A DNA stretch of 64,000 bases, taken from contig CAXXVS010000002.1 in the NCBI GenBank assembly GCA_963674755.2, positions 2,048,001 through 2,112,000 of the forward strand, read 5' to 3'. Shown here piece by piece: positions 30,431 to 39,046 of this stretch (position 1 is the first letter of the stretch; every line of letters begins with the position of its first letter). The notes under the pieces are model-generated. The model ran no database searches, was not told the origin of the DNA, and worked only from the letters and a program-made list of their open reading frames with translations. A program made the translations under genes and the position numbers. Origin of the DNA: Desulfobacterales bacterium. GTDB taxonomy: Bacteria > Desulfobacterota > Desulfobacteria > Desulfobacterales > UBA5852.

Positions 30431-32091
30431 TGTTTCTCACTTCCTTTCCCCTGGATCAGCGCTTCGGGATGACGATCAAGCAGATCCGCCAATTCGCTTA
30501 CCGCCCGTGCGGCGTCCCTCAATTCCTCCAGTGTGCTGCGCACCTCCCCCCGTAAGGGGGCATCCGCGCTGATCCATCCATTTAGGTCTTTGAGCACCAT
30601 ATTCATCTCGGCCAGCGCGGCATTGACCCGGGGCACCGTATCCGCATTCAGGGTTCGTGTAGTCGTTTCCAGATCAGCCAGTATCTTTTGCAATGATTGG
30701 ATACTGTTTCGCAAATCAGGGCCGTTCACCAAGTGGTTCATGCCGGCCATGGTGCGTTGCAGATCCCGGCCGATATCCTCCAGGGGCAACTGGTCGAGTT
30801 TCTTCGCAAACCGGGTGACGGCTTGGATGACTTCCCGGGAGTTCGAAGGCATACTCGGAATTATGGGTAGGCCTTTATAATATCGGATTTCGGCAGGAGG
30901 CACATCATCAAAAAACTTAAGATCGACGTAGAGTTGCCCGGTTAGCAAGCTGCCCGTATTCAACTGCGCGCGAAAGCCTTTGGCCAGCATGCGCTGCATG
31001 TTTTTTTTCAACTCCGCGCCATAGGCCACAGGCAGGTTCAACCGCTGCGGTTCGATACTGATCCGGACTGGAATCACAAAGTTGAGTTTCTCGTAATCCG
31101 CCAGCAGCTCAATGTCATCCACGACCCCGATCTGGAGCCCCTTGAACTCCACCGGCGCCCCGATGGAAAGCCCCCGTACCGATTCATGGAACTCGACGAT
31201 ATAATCGCGTTTGATCGTATAGCGGTCGTCGCGGGCTTTCTCGAAGGTCTCATAAAGCTTGAAAGCCGTCTCCGGCTTAGCCTCCGGGCCCGGATCCTCC
31301 CGGGAAAAGGTCTCAAACGCAAGACCGCCGATCAGCAACGAAACCACGGATTCGGTATCGACCCGCAGGCCGTTGGCGGTCAGATTGAAATCCAGACCAC
31401 TGGCCAGCCAGAAGCGGGTGTTCTCCCGCACGAAATGATAATAGGGGCTGTCGATGAAGATCTCGATACTGACATTGTCGCCATCCTTCCCCAAACTGTA
31501 GTCCACCACCTGTCCGACCTCGATCTGCCGGAAGTAGACCGGTGAGCCCGGGTTAAGCGATCCCAGACGCGAGCTCGCCAGGGTGAACTGGCGCCCTTTG
31601 GTTTCTCCGGTCACCATGGGCTCTTTTTCAAGCCCCTTGAAATGCCGTTGGGTCTTGCCGCCAAGACCGGGCTCGATGCCGATGTAGGCCCCTGAGAACA
31701 GTGTGCCCAGACCCGTGACCTGCCCCGCCGTCACTCGGGCCCGCACCACCCAGAAGCGCGTCTTGTCGGTGAGATATCCCTTGGCTTCCGGCACCATCTC
31801 GGCCGTCACGGTCACATGAGAGAAATCATTGCTCAGATCGATGGCGCTCACCTTGCCCAGTTCCACATCCTTATATTTGATCTTGGTCTTTCCGGCTTCC
31901 AGCCCCTCGGCCGACTGGAAACTGATGGTGATGGTCGGCCCCTTTTCGGTGAGTGCCTTGTAAGCCAGCCAGCCGCCGATCAGCAGCGCCACCAGCGGCA
32001 CGATCCAAACCACCGAGATCGTGCGGCGTTGTTTGATAACCGGTGTTGCCGCTTCGGGAATCTGAGGGGACGTGTCAGTCTTCTCGGTCAT
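30427..32091 (-). CDS. pqiB: PqiB/MCE (MlaD) domain protein
   Basis: VWIVPLVA, AEGLEAGKT, FWVVRARV, three MCE domains, LLTGQLYV, HPEALIQG. Confidence 0.93.
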   Translation of the reverse strand: MTEKTDTSPQIPEAATPVIKQRRTISVVWIVPLVALLIGGWLAYKALTEKGPTITISFQSAEGLEAGKTKIKYKDVELGKVSAIDLSNDFSHVTVTAEMVPEAKGYLTDKTRFWVVRARVTAGQVTGLGTLFSGAYIGIEPGLGGKTQRHFKGLEKEPMVTGETKGRQFTLASSRLGSLNPGSPVYFRQIEVGQVVDYSLGKDGDNVSIEIFIDSPYYHFVRENTRFWLASGLDFNLTANGLRVDTESVVSLLIGGLAFETFSREDPGPEAKPETAFKLYETFEKARDDRYTIKRDYIVEFHESVRGLSIGAPVEFKGLQIGVVDDIELLADYEKLNFVIPVRISIEPQRLNLPVAYGAELKKNMQRMLAKGFRAQLNTGSLLTGQLYVDLKFFDDVPPAEIRYYKGLPIIPSMPSNSREVIQAVTRFAKKLDQLPLEDIGRDLQRTMAGMNHLVNGPDLRNSIQSLQKILADLETTTRTLNADTVPRVNAALAEMNMVLKDLNGWISADAPLRGEVRSTLEELRDAARAVSELADLLDRHPEALIQGKGSEKQ

Positions 32092-32734
32092 TGGGGACCT
32101 CCATTCCGTCCCAGATGAGTCGGGGGTCAAAAGCTTCAGCCGCGAACATGGTCACCACCACGACGGCGGCAAAAAATAGCGCACCGGGTCCGGCCTCGAT
32201 GGTGGCCAGCGCGCCTAAATGAACCAGGGCTACCAGGATCGTGACCACGAAGACGTCCAGCATGGACCAGCGTCCGATAGCTTCGGTGAGACGATAAAGG
32301 CGGGTGCGATCCACCGGGCGCCATTGCCAGCGCCGCTGCACCGATATGAGCAGAAAGGATAAAATGATCAATTTGAGAATCGGTACAAAAATACTGGCGA
32401 CGAAAATGACCAGAGCGATGGGCCAACTACCGGAATGGATGAAATAGATCACCCCGCTCATGATGGTATCCGACTGCACCATTCCCAGCGATGTCGTTAT
32501 CGTGACAGGGAAAACGTTGGCCGGTATATAGAATACCGCAGCGGCCAGCACCAGGGCCCAGGTCCGGGCAATGCTGTTGGGTTTGCGGCTGTGCAGGGGC
32601 GCGCCGCACCGCGGGCAGTGGGCCGGTCCGCCCGCCTGTCGGCACAACAGGTGGCAGCGATGACAGGCCACCAGACCAAGCGCCCGGGCCGTCAGTGATG
32701 CGCCTCGGAAGATTGGTGCTCGAAAGTTTGCCAT
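32075..32734 (-). CDS. pqiA: Paraquat-inducible protein A (second half-type)
   Basis: CxxC...CxxC; IGRWSMLDVFVV; FDPRLIWD. Confidence 0.92.
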   Translation of the reverse strand: MANFRAPIFRGASLTARALGLVACHRCHLLCRQAGGPAHCPRCGAPLHSRKPNSIARTWALVLAAAVFYIPANVFPVTITTSLGMVQSDTIMSGVIYFIHSGSWPIALVIFVASIFVPILKLIILSFLLISVQRRWQWRPVDRTRLYRLTEAIGRWSMLDVFVVTILVALVHLGALATIEAGPGALFFAAVVVVTMFAAEAFDPRLIWDGMEVPNDRED

Positions 32735-33312
32735 ATTTGATGTTCATCCAGGGTAGCGGACATGGCGGCCAGTACAAAAATCAACGCTAAAAAAGCGAAT
32801 AGCGCCAGTCCGGGAATAATGGTCGCCATCTTCCCCAGTTTGGCCACCGATACCAGGATCCCCAGCATGAAAATTTCCATCATACCCCAAGGCTTGAGGA
32901 GCAGATACACTCTGAAAACACGGGTCAGGTGACGGGGCACCTGATTCATTTTTAGTGGCACCAGGATATAGAGCAAGCTCAATAGATGGATCGCCGGCAC
33001 GATTACCACGGTGATCAGCACCAGGGTGGCGATGATGACCATACCCTGCTGATAGAGCTGGTAAATCCCGGTGGCCAGAATTGTCTCACGGAGCTGGGCA
33101 CCGATACGAAAGCCGAGAAACGGATTGAGGTTGGCCACCAGGTAAAGTGTGATACCGGTTATGGTCAAGGCCAGGGTACGGTTAATGCTGTCGCGCTTCG
33201 GGCGGTTCAGGGGAGCGCCGCAACGGGCGCAACGGGCAGAGCCCCCGAGCGGTATCTCACCCAGATGGTGGACCAGGTCGCAATCGTGGCAGGCGATGGG
33301 ATGGACGGTCAT
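32692..33312 (-). CDS. pqiA: Paraquat-inducible protein A (first half-type)
   Basis: CHDCDL, CARCGA, PWGMMEIFMLGILVS. Confidence 0.92.
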   Translation of the reverse strand: MTVHPIACHDCDLVHHLGEIPLGGSARCARCGAPLNRPKRDSINRTLALTITGITLYLVANLNPFLGFRIGAQLRETILATGIYQLYQQGMVIIATLVLITVVIVPAIHLLSLLYILVPLKMNQVPRHLTRVFRVYLLLKPWGMMEIFMLGILVSVAKLGKMATIIPGLALFAFLALIFVLAAMSATLDEHQIWQTFEHQSSEAHH

Positions 33313-34069
33313 CTCCGGTATCCTTATCCAATCAGGTGAACTCTATGACCATACCAGAACTTTCGGAAAATACAACTCATTCGCGTCCGAAGCGCCGACC
33401 GGTATTTTCATCCCTCTTAAATCCTCTGGCAGGCGCCGCCCTCATATCGCACTGATTGTTTTCCTGATTTTGGCTTAAGTGGGACAAGTAGAACTAAACC
33501 GCGACAATGGGGTGTGTCAAGGGCACCGGCACCTCCGCCGGTTGCCCGAAAACATGCGACGAAGGGTGCGTTTGGTTTGTGGGAAGCCGATCCTGGATTA
33601 CAAGCTTGCATCTGGCAGGGTGTTGATTGGAAAAACACCACTGCCTTGATTGGGTACCTGCCCGCTGTTCAGCAGGTGATTTCCTCTGCTCTGTGAGCCT
33701 GAATGGCAGGGTCGGCAGCTTTGGGGCTGCCACCCTTATCACCTCGCGACTGGATGTAATAAACCCTCCACGGATCTCCCCGGCTCGGAATCCTTGGGGG
33801 TGTCCCCTCTTCCGTTTCATCCCCCTTGCTTTCGGAGTTGGCTGGTGGTATCAGACGCTGCTTTATGCATCGATATCCCTTAATGTTTTCAGAAAGATAG
33901 AATGATGTGTTATGCAATATGGTGTTGGTGTCGAGGTATGTTTATAGCCGCCCGGCTGGGCTTGCTGAAGGGGGCAGGGGAGAGAAGATAGATTATTCGT
34001 ATTCTCCCGCCCTCACCACAGAGGGGTGGGAGGGGGATGGACATTAATATGAAGGAAAGTGCATCTGAT

Positions 34070-34453
34070 ATGGGAACCATCAAAACGACATACGAGCTTG
34101 ATAAGGGTCTGACTGTCATCACAGCAACGGGTAGGATGACTGCACAGGACTTCGATGAATGGAGGCAGAATTACTATTCTGACAAAGTTACAGCGAACAT
34201 CCTTTGGAACATCGTTGATGCCGACCTATCAGAAATTGAGTCCGAAGATGTTGCTACACATGCCCAACGTATTAGTGCCGATGCGAATGTACGTAAAGGC
34301 GGCAGATCTGCCATCGTTGTTGGTGGAAACACACTGGCATTAGGTTTAAGCAGGATGCGTGGAATTTATGGTGAGCTTGCGGATTCGCCCATTGCGGTAG
34401 AAATATTCACCAACATGGACGAAGCCAGAGAATGGCTTGGTGTAAAGGAATGA
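34070..34453 (+). CDS. STAS/SEC14 (SpoIIAA-like) domain protein
   Basis: ~125 aa; RSAIVV, FTNMDEAREWL C-terminus; start may be 34037. Confidence 0.65.
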   Translation: MGTIKTTYELDKGLTVITATGRMTAQDFDEWRQNYYSDKVTANILWNIVDADLSEIESEDVATHAQRISADANVRKGGRSAIVVGGNTLALGLSRMRGIYGELADSPIAVEIFTNMDEAREWLGVKE

Positions 34454-34824
34454 TGGTATTGGATATCAAGATTGACAACGAAAAGAAGATCATCCAGCGA
34501 ACCGTAACCGGTGATCTCTATACCGGGCGCTCACTCAAACTGGTCCGTGAACTTGCGATGTCTGTCAATACTCACAAGGGTTACAATGTCCTGATGGATA
34601 TGCGAGAGACAGAAACCAAGCCCGACATGCTCGACCTGATGCAGATCGCATCGGCTTGCACGAAGCTTCGGTCTAATTTCGATAGCAAGATTGCCTTTCT
34701 TATCCCAGATACCGAAGAGCGCATCCGATTCGCCCAGCTTTTCAAAGCCTGTATGGGAGCCCAAGGCTTTGAGTTCCGGCAGTTTTTCGATCGGGAAGCA
34801 GCTCTGGAATGGCTCGGAGTTTGA
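34450..34824 (+). CDS. STAS/SEC14 (SpoIIAA-like) domain protein
   Basis: NVLMDMRET, KIAFL, FFDREAALEWL; ATGA overlap with the previous gene. Confidence 0.7.
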   Translation: MMVLDIKIDNEKKIIQRTVTGDLYTGRSLKLVRELAMSVNTHKGYNVLMDMRETETKPDMLDLMQIASACTKLRSNFDSKIAFLIPDTEERIRFAQLFKACMGAQGFEFRQFFDREAALEWLGV

Positions 34825-34969
34825 GCCATCGTTCCCAGCCCGATACCGGCAATTACGGTTGACACGCTCCCTAAAAACATAGTAGCGATTTCAGTCAATT
34901 ACATTGGAAACGGATCGAATAAACAAGTCCGCCCGTCGCTCCGGCAATCATTAGTACTTGGAGACACTC

Positions 34970-35338
34970 ATGCCTGACAGGATTAAGCTCTATCATATAA
35001 GGGACTTCATCAGAATGACAGAATCCGGTGAGCTTGATCGTGACAGGTCGATTAGACTTGTTCGTGAACTTGCGACCTCAGCTGACTTCCATAAAGATCA
35101 CAATGTCATGCTGGACTTGAGAGAGACTCATGGACAAGCAAGTATGAGCGATCTAATTGAGATCTCAACTGAGTTTGCATCCTACCACAAAGTCTTCAGA
35201 AACAAGATTGCCGTGCTCATTCCAAACACCGAAGAACGGCTTCAACTCGCCAACCGATTTAAAACGTGCATGGATATGCAGGGCTTCCTATTCGAACAGT
35301 TTACCGACTTTGAAGAGGCAATAGAGTGGCTCTCATAG
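34970..35338 (+). CDS. STAS/SEC14 (SpoIIAA-like) domain protein, paralog of 34450
   Basis: NVMLDLRET, KIAVL, FTDFEEAIEWL; GGAG RBS. Confidence 0.7.
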   Translation: MPDRIKLYHIRDFIRMTESGELDRDRSIRLVRELATSADFHKDHNVMLDLRETHGQASMSDLIEISTEFASYHKVFRNKIAVLIPNTEERLQLANRFKTCMDMQGFLFEQFTDFEEAIEWLS

Positions 35339-35515
35339 GTTCCTTGCCATAGCAAGAGCACAGTCAGGACCGCATTCATCAATCCAGCTAAGGATCATAC
35401 CTTTTATTGTCTTGTACTCGACGGTCCCCGGCACCAAGGTGCCGGAGGGATCAATCAGTGTCAGCGCTTTGGTGATCGTTTCGACTTCGGTTTCTCGTTC
35501 CAGTTTCTTAGCCAA
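35333..35515 (-). CDS. Small DPxG/PGT-family protein, copy A (C-terminally truncated)
   Basis: IDPSGTLVPGTVEYKTIKGMILSW; GAGGGG + TTG start; DNA closely similar to copy D until 35339. Confidence 0.6.
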   Translation of the reverse strand: MAKKLERETEVETITKALTLIDPSGTLVPGTVEYKTIKGMILSWIDECGPDCALAMARNL

Positions 35516-35718
35516 GAGTGCCCCTCGATATTGAGAAGGTGCCGACTGTCGTGAGACATTCGCAGCACCTCGTCCGGTTCCATTTCCGCCATCCAAGATA
35601 GGATCATTTCCGTAACCCAATTGTGCTCGTGCGTACCTGGCATCAACACGCCCTTCGGGTCGATGATTGCCAGAGCGTTCGAGAGCGTCTGGTATCTGAC
35701 ATTGGTGGGTTTTGCCAT
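35461..35718 (-). CDS. Small DPxG/PGT-family protein, copy B (divergent; start uncertain)
   Basis: IIDPKGVLMPGTHEHNWVTEMILSW...VLRMS. Confidence 0.6.
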   Translation of the reverse strand: MAKPTNVRYQTLSNALAIIDPKGVLMPGTHEHNWVTEMILSWMAEMEPDEVLRMSHDSRHLLNIEGHSWLRNWNEKPKSKRSPKR

Positions 35719-35913
35719 TAGCGACTTTCCCATTGTTGGCAACCACGGTCTGAAATTGGAATTCGGAATTGGCAATCTATCTTGAGCCATAACGATGGCA
35801 GGATCGCTAATCAGGTTGGGTGAAGATGACCCTTAGCACAATGATAGGTTTAAGTTCTACTCAAAAAATGATCTTATCCATAGCTGGTTAAATGGACTGG
35901 CAAGGCAAACGCA

Positions 35914-35945
35914 GGTGGGATTGATACCGGGGGCGGAACGCCCCC
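35914..35945. repeat. Conserved GC hairpin element, copy 1
   Basis: GGTGGGATTGATACCGGGGGCGGAACGCCCCC; 31/32 identical to 38597-38628. Confidence 0.85.
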
Positions 35946-35966
35946 ATGGAAGCATGATTCGGCGAT

Positions 35967-36167
35967 CTATCTCACAGCACCTTCCACCCACACCTTCAGG
36001 TGCTTGGCGCTGTACCGAGCCATCTCAAGCACCTCGTCCCGGCTGTGCCGCCTCAACCAGATATAGATCATCTCGCTGATCCGATCGTACTGGCGAGTGC
36101 CCGGTATGAGCATCCCTTCGGGATCGATTAGCTTCAGGGCTTCTTTTATGGTGCCATCGGGGTCCAT
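35967..36167 (-). CDS. Small DPxG/PGT-family protein, copy C (+1 frameshift near the C-terminus)
   Basis: MDPDGTIKEALKLIDPEGMLIPGTRQY; close paralog of copy E. Confidence 0.7.
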   Translation of the reverse strand: MDPDGTIKEALKLIDPEGMLIPGTRQYDRISEMIYIWLRRHSRDEVLEMARYSAKHLKVWVEGAVR

Positions 36168-36224
36168 GCCACATTCTAAAACAAAAAGGGGAGGTGCCAC
36201 CAAAGCAGCAGTCGGATCCGCTAA
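36168..36224 (-). promoter_or_regulatory. Conserved upstream element / putative sigma70 promoter for leaderless mRNA (copy C)
   Basis: GTGGCA-N16-TAGAAT-N5-ATG with an upstream CGGATCCG palindrome; near-identical to 39295-39352. Confidence 0.55.
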
Positions 36225-36413
36225 CAATAGTTGCCTAAAACAATGGAGCGGCGCCATAGAGGAGTGTAATACTCTGGTGGGTATTTACCTTCCGGGACTT
36301 CGTTGAAGCTTCTTAGAATTGATTTTACTTTGGTGATCATGGCTTACCCCTGTTTTCTTTTTAGGGGTTATCAACACCATAAGGATCACTGCATTCCGAG
36401 CCGCACAATTATT

Positions 36414-36713
36414 TCAAGATTTCTTCCGCTTCTCCCGCCGCCATTCCCATGGCGGCGTAGGATCCTTATTAGCCCATAACCCGATACCAGCCTTCCTGGC
36501 TACCTCCTCAGCATCGGCATAATCCTGCCGCTTCGAGTACCGCTTATAATGCCACGCAAACCCAGCCTTCAGGATCTCCAAATTCAGCTCCTTGCCGCTT
36601 TCAAGATAAACCCTATCCACGGTCCGACCGTACCGGTCGATATCCACCTCCCGGTAATGGATGGTCTTGCCAAAGCACTGATCTGAAACAAACTGCTTAG
36701 CTTTCTTCCCGTA
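36414..36713 (-). pseudogene. Thermonuclease (SNase-like) C-terminal fragment
   Basis: YGKKAKQF..CFGK...DIDRYGR...LNLEILKAGFAW...ARKAGIGLW...PPWEWR; the DGDT/GIDAPE N-terminal half is missing. Confidence 0.8.
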
Positions 36714-36798
36714 ACCCGCCGTAAGGGATCTTGAGCCGGATGGCTACGTCAAGGGCGGCTTGTTCGGCGCCGGAGGATATGATCTTGGTGATGGTCAT
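36697..36798 (-). pseudogene. N-terminal fragment of a cpYpsA/'putative molybdenum carrier' SLOG-family protein
   Basis: MTITKIISSGAEQAALDVAIRLKIPYGG resembles the family start KIISGGQTGAD.AALD.A...GIP.GGW; it ends at the junction with the nuclease fragment. Confidence 0.6.
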
Positions 36799-36802
36799 AC
36801 GA

Positions 36803-37465
36803 CTAATTGTCAGGCATATCATGCATTGTAAGGGATTCCACTACTGACTCGAATGCTGGGCGGTTACTTTCAAATTTTTCACTCACAGAAAAAAGTATCA
36901 CTGCCGTTTGACAAAAATTCGTTTTGTGGCATGGGCAAATAAACCAGTCTAAACCAGCTGTTACGTCATTTAAGGAATGCTCCATATCGACCTCAATCTC
37001 GTACAGCGCTTCAGGTTTATACGATCTGGCATTAGCAATATAATTGCGGTGCGTTGTTGAAAGACTTTCAACATTGACCTGGCTCTCAAATCGCGAGACC
37101 TTGGTGTCTGTTTCGATCTTTTCTTTCATCATTGGCAGGATCTCACGAATTTTTCTTTCCGGCGTATCAAGCAAGTCCTGAAAGCTGTGTCTTCTTTTAT
37201 CGTTTGCAATGGTAATTATTCCTCCCGAGCTTTTATTGATCATTACCAACGTCACCATTTTTTTGAAGGACTGAGGAATCGTTTTCTCAATGTCCTTTGG
37301 GAATTTTTCGTAAACATCCCAACCTTGGGGGATGTCAACGCTGTACTGATATTTGAAATTGGTAGCCTTGTCGGGGAGAATAATCGGGGGAGGAAAAGTT
37401 GCACAACCAACGAGTCCAACTACCGCAGCCATAATAAGCAGATTACTCCAGGTCAGGCGTTGCAT
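36803..37465 (-). CDS. Hypothetical lipoprotein
   Basis: GGAGGA RBS; LVGC lipobox; AT-rich codon usage. Confidence 0.7.
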   Translation of the reverse strand: MQRLTWSNLLIMAAVVGLVGCATFPPPIILPDKATNFKYQYSVDIPQGWDVYEKFPKDIEKTIPQSFKKMVTLVMINKSSGGIITIANDKRRHSFQDLLDTPERKIREILPMMKEKIETDTKVSRFESQVNVESLSTTHRNYIANARSYKPEALYEIEVDMEHSLNDVTAGLDWFICPCHKTNFCQTAVILFSVSEKFESNRPAFESVVESLTMHDMPDN

Positions 37466-37506
37466 ACTGTATATCCTCCATTTATTTGGTATTCGGATAG
37501 GCGTCA

Positions 37507-37971
37507 CTATCCCGCGACGCTTAGTTCATATCCAAAGGTTACTTTGTCAAATCCTTCATCCGAATGATACTCGATGCGAAAAGGCATTCGCTTCTGGAGA
37601 TCGCCGAATACCGTATGGGGGCGAAAACTTACATTATCAACTATCCGATCCACTCTGCCTACAAGCATAAAGAACTTTGAAGGTCCATCCATAAGCCTGT
37701 AAAAGCTTATGTTCCCGTTGGAGGCATCAACAAAGCCCTCGATAACATAGTCTCCTTCAGCCACTCCCTTTTTTATGATAAAATCGAAAACCATGTGGGG
37801 GGTTGTGAGAACACACTGTTTGCCTTCACCAAAGGCTGGATAGTAGCCAGAATGATAATCACACCATCCCTCTGAAGGGTATTCTATCTCTTGCCCAACA
37901 TACTTCTTACCGCAAGAAACAAGAACAAGAGCACAAAGAACGAGAATCACTGCTACCGAAATTCGCCTCAT
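37507..37971 (-). CDS. Hypothetical lipoprotein
   Basis: GAGAGGG RBS; MRR + hydrophobic core + LVSC lipobox. Confidence 0.7.
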   Translation of the reverse strand: MRRISVAVILVLCALVLVSCGKKYVGQEIEYPSEGWCDYHSGYYPAFGEGKQCVLTTPHMVFDFIIKKGVAEGDYVIEGFVDASNGNISFYRLMDGPSKFFMLVGRVDRIVDNVSFRPHTVFGDLQKRMPFRIEYHSDEGFDKVTFGYELSVAG

Positions 37972-38001
37972 GTCATTCCCCTCTCATATTGAGTTCCAAG
38001 T

Positions 38002-38547
38002 TTATCTCGTCAGGTACTCCGTATCCCCTTTCGCCCAGCCCAGATATAGTACCAGACCATCAAAGGGCTGGGCGGGGTATATCATGTTCATCTCAGTCTC
38101 TATTCCAAACAGTGCTGCAAATTTGCTGTACTGGTCGAACCACATGTTCTGCGGACTGAACGAATGCACCAGCATGAGTGCTATCCCCGCTTGAAACTGC
38201 CGAGCTAAAAGCTTAGCGGACACAGTCCGGTGTAGCAGCTGGTACGGGATTTCCATGACGGCATCCACAGGCAGGTTAAGCTCCGAACACAGGAACTCCA
38301 ACCGCTTCACCTTTCCGGCAGAGGGGTTCTGGTACCATTCCGATACAGGCTTATCGAACGGTTCGTCCACCTTGCCTTCCACGGCAATGGTGACAAGCTG
38401 ATCGGCTGACTTAGCCAGGACGAATATGTCATTCTGAGAGGCGGCTCTGCCGCCGGGGAGGTCCACCTTGTGCTCGGGGATAATCAGGAGGGGGGCGATG
38501 TGCTTGACCTGATTAGCAAACGAATAGTAGATCCTGAACTGGACCAC
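38002..38547 (-). pseudogene. DUF6946-like (PD-(D/E)xK nuclease-like) protein, apparently lacking its N-terminus
   Basis: PEHKVDLPGG..SQNDIFVL...AVEGKVDEPF; YQLLHRT; MLVHSFS; YLGW. No RBS, and a + strand terminator lies just upstream. Confidence 0.55.
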
Positions 38548-38550
38548 ATC

Positions 38551-38581
38551 GGCAGAGCCTCTTTGAGGCTCTGCCTTTTTT
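38551..38581 (+). terminator. Intrinsic terminator
   Basis: Perfect 11-bp stem GGCAGAGCCTC-TTT-GAGGCTCTGCC followed by T6. Confidence 0.8.
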
Positions 38582-38596
38582 GTGCCTTGAGTATTG

Positions 38597-38628
38597 GGTG
38601 GGATTAATACCGGGGGCGGAACGCCCCC
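38597..38628. repeat. Conserved GC hairpin element, copy 2
   Basis: GGTGGGATTAATACCGGGGGCGGAACGCCCCC. Confidence 0.85.
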
Positions 38629-38670
38629 GTGGGGGTGGTACGCCGGGTTGACGGCTGCCTCAACGACACT

Positions 38671-38877
38671 TCACTTCAACCATGTGTCCAAGTGCTTTGC
38701 GCCCTTCCTTGCCATATCAAGAGCGTAATCAGGACAGCCTTCATCAATCCAGCCAAGGATCATATCTTTTATCGTATTGTATTCGACGGTCCCCGGCACC
38801 AAGATTCCGGAAGGATCAATCAGTGCCATTGCTTTAGATACGGTTTCGTCATCTTGATCGGTTCGTTCTGGTTGCAT
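38671..38877 (-). CDS. Small DPxG/PGT-family protein, copy D
   Basis: GGGAGG RBS; LIDPSGILVPGTVEYNTIKDMILGW...ALDMARKGAKHLDTWLK. Confidence 0.75.
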   Translation of the reverse strand: MQPERTDQDDETVSKAMALIDPSGILVPGTVEYNTIKDMILGWIDEGCPDYALDMARKGAKHLDTWLK

Positions 38878-39046
38878 TGCAATCCCTCCCTGGTGGCATA
38901 TTGAGCAGCCGTGTTTCTCAGGAGCAAGATCAGAAATTGGAACGCTGATGTGAATGGCTTTGTCAAAAAGGTTATAGCGGCACTAAAAAATGTCAAACGC
39001 AGCTGCCGGGGGAACTGGTATTGGGGAACCAGAAACGGGAGGAGTC

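Noticed and set aside
33494..33917. Short ORFs in the left island flank
   Set aside because: Mutually overlapping, with no motifs and no clear RBS.
35438..35449. 12-bp match (GGTGCCGGAGGG) to the tRNA-Leu 3' end as a second att site
   Set aside because: It lies in frame within the conserved DPSGT codons of copy A, and paralogy with copy D continues on both sides, so it is probably coincidental.
35333..35746. The 137-aa ORF as a single protein
   Set aside because: Its first 77 codons are an off-frame read of copy B; similarity to the family starts only near the TTG at 35515.
36712..36768. attC-like GCCGAAC...GTTACGG imperfect hairpin
   Set aside because: Better explained as coding sequence of the cpYpsA-like fragment; pairing is poor and it is a single copy.
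35333..38877. Copies A and D as a diversity-generating retroelement TR/VR pair
   Set aside because: Mismatches involve all four bases in both copies rather than adenines of one template, and no reverse transcriptase is present in the window.
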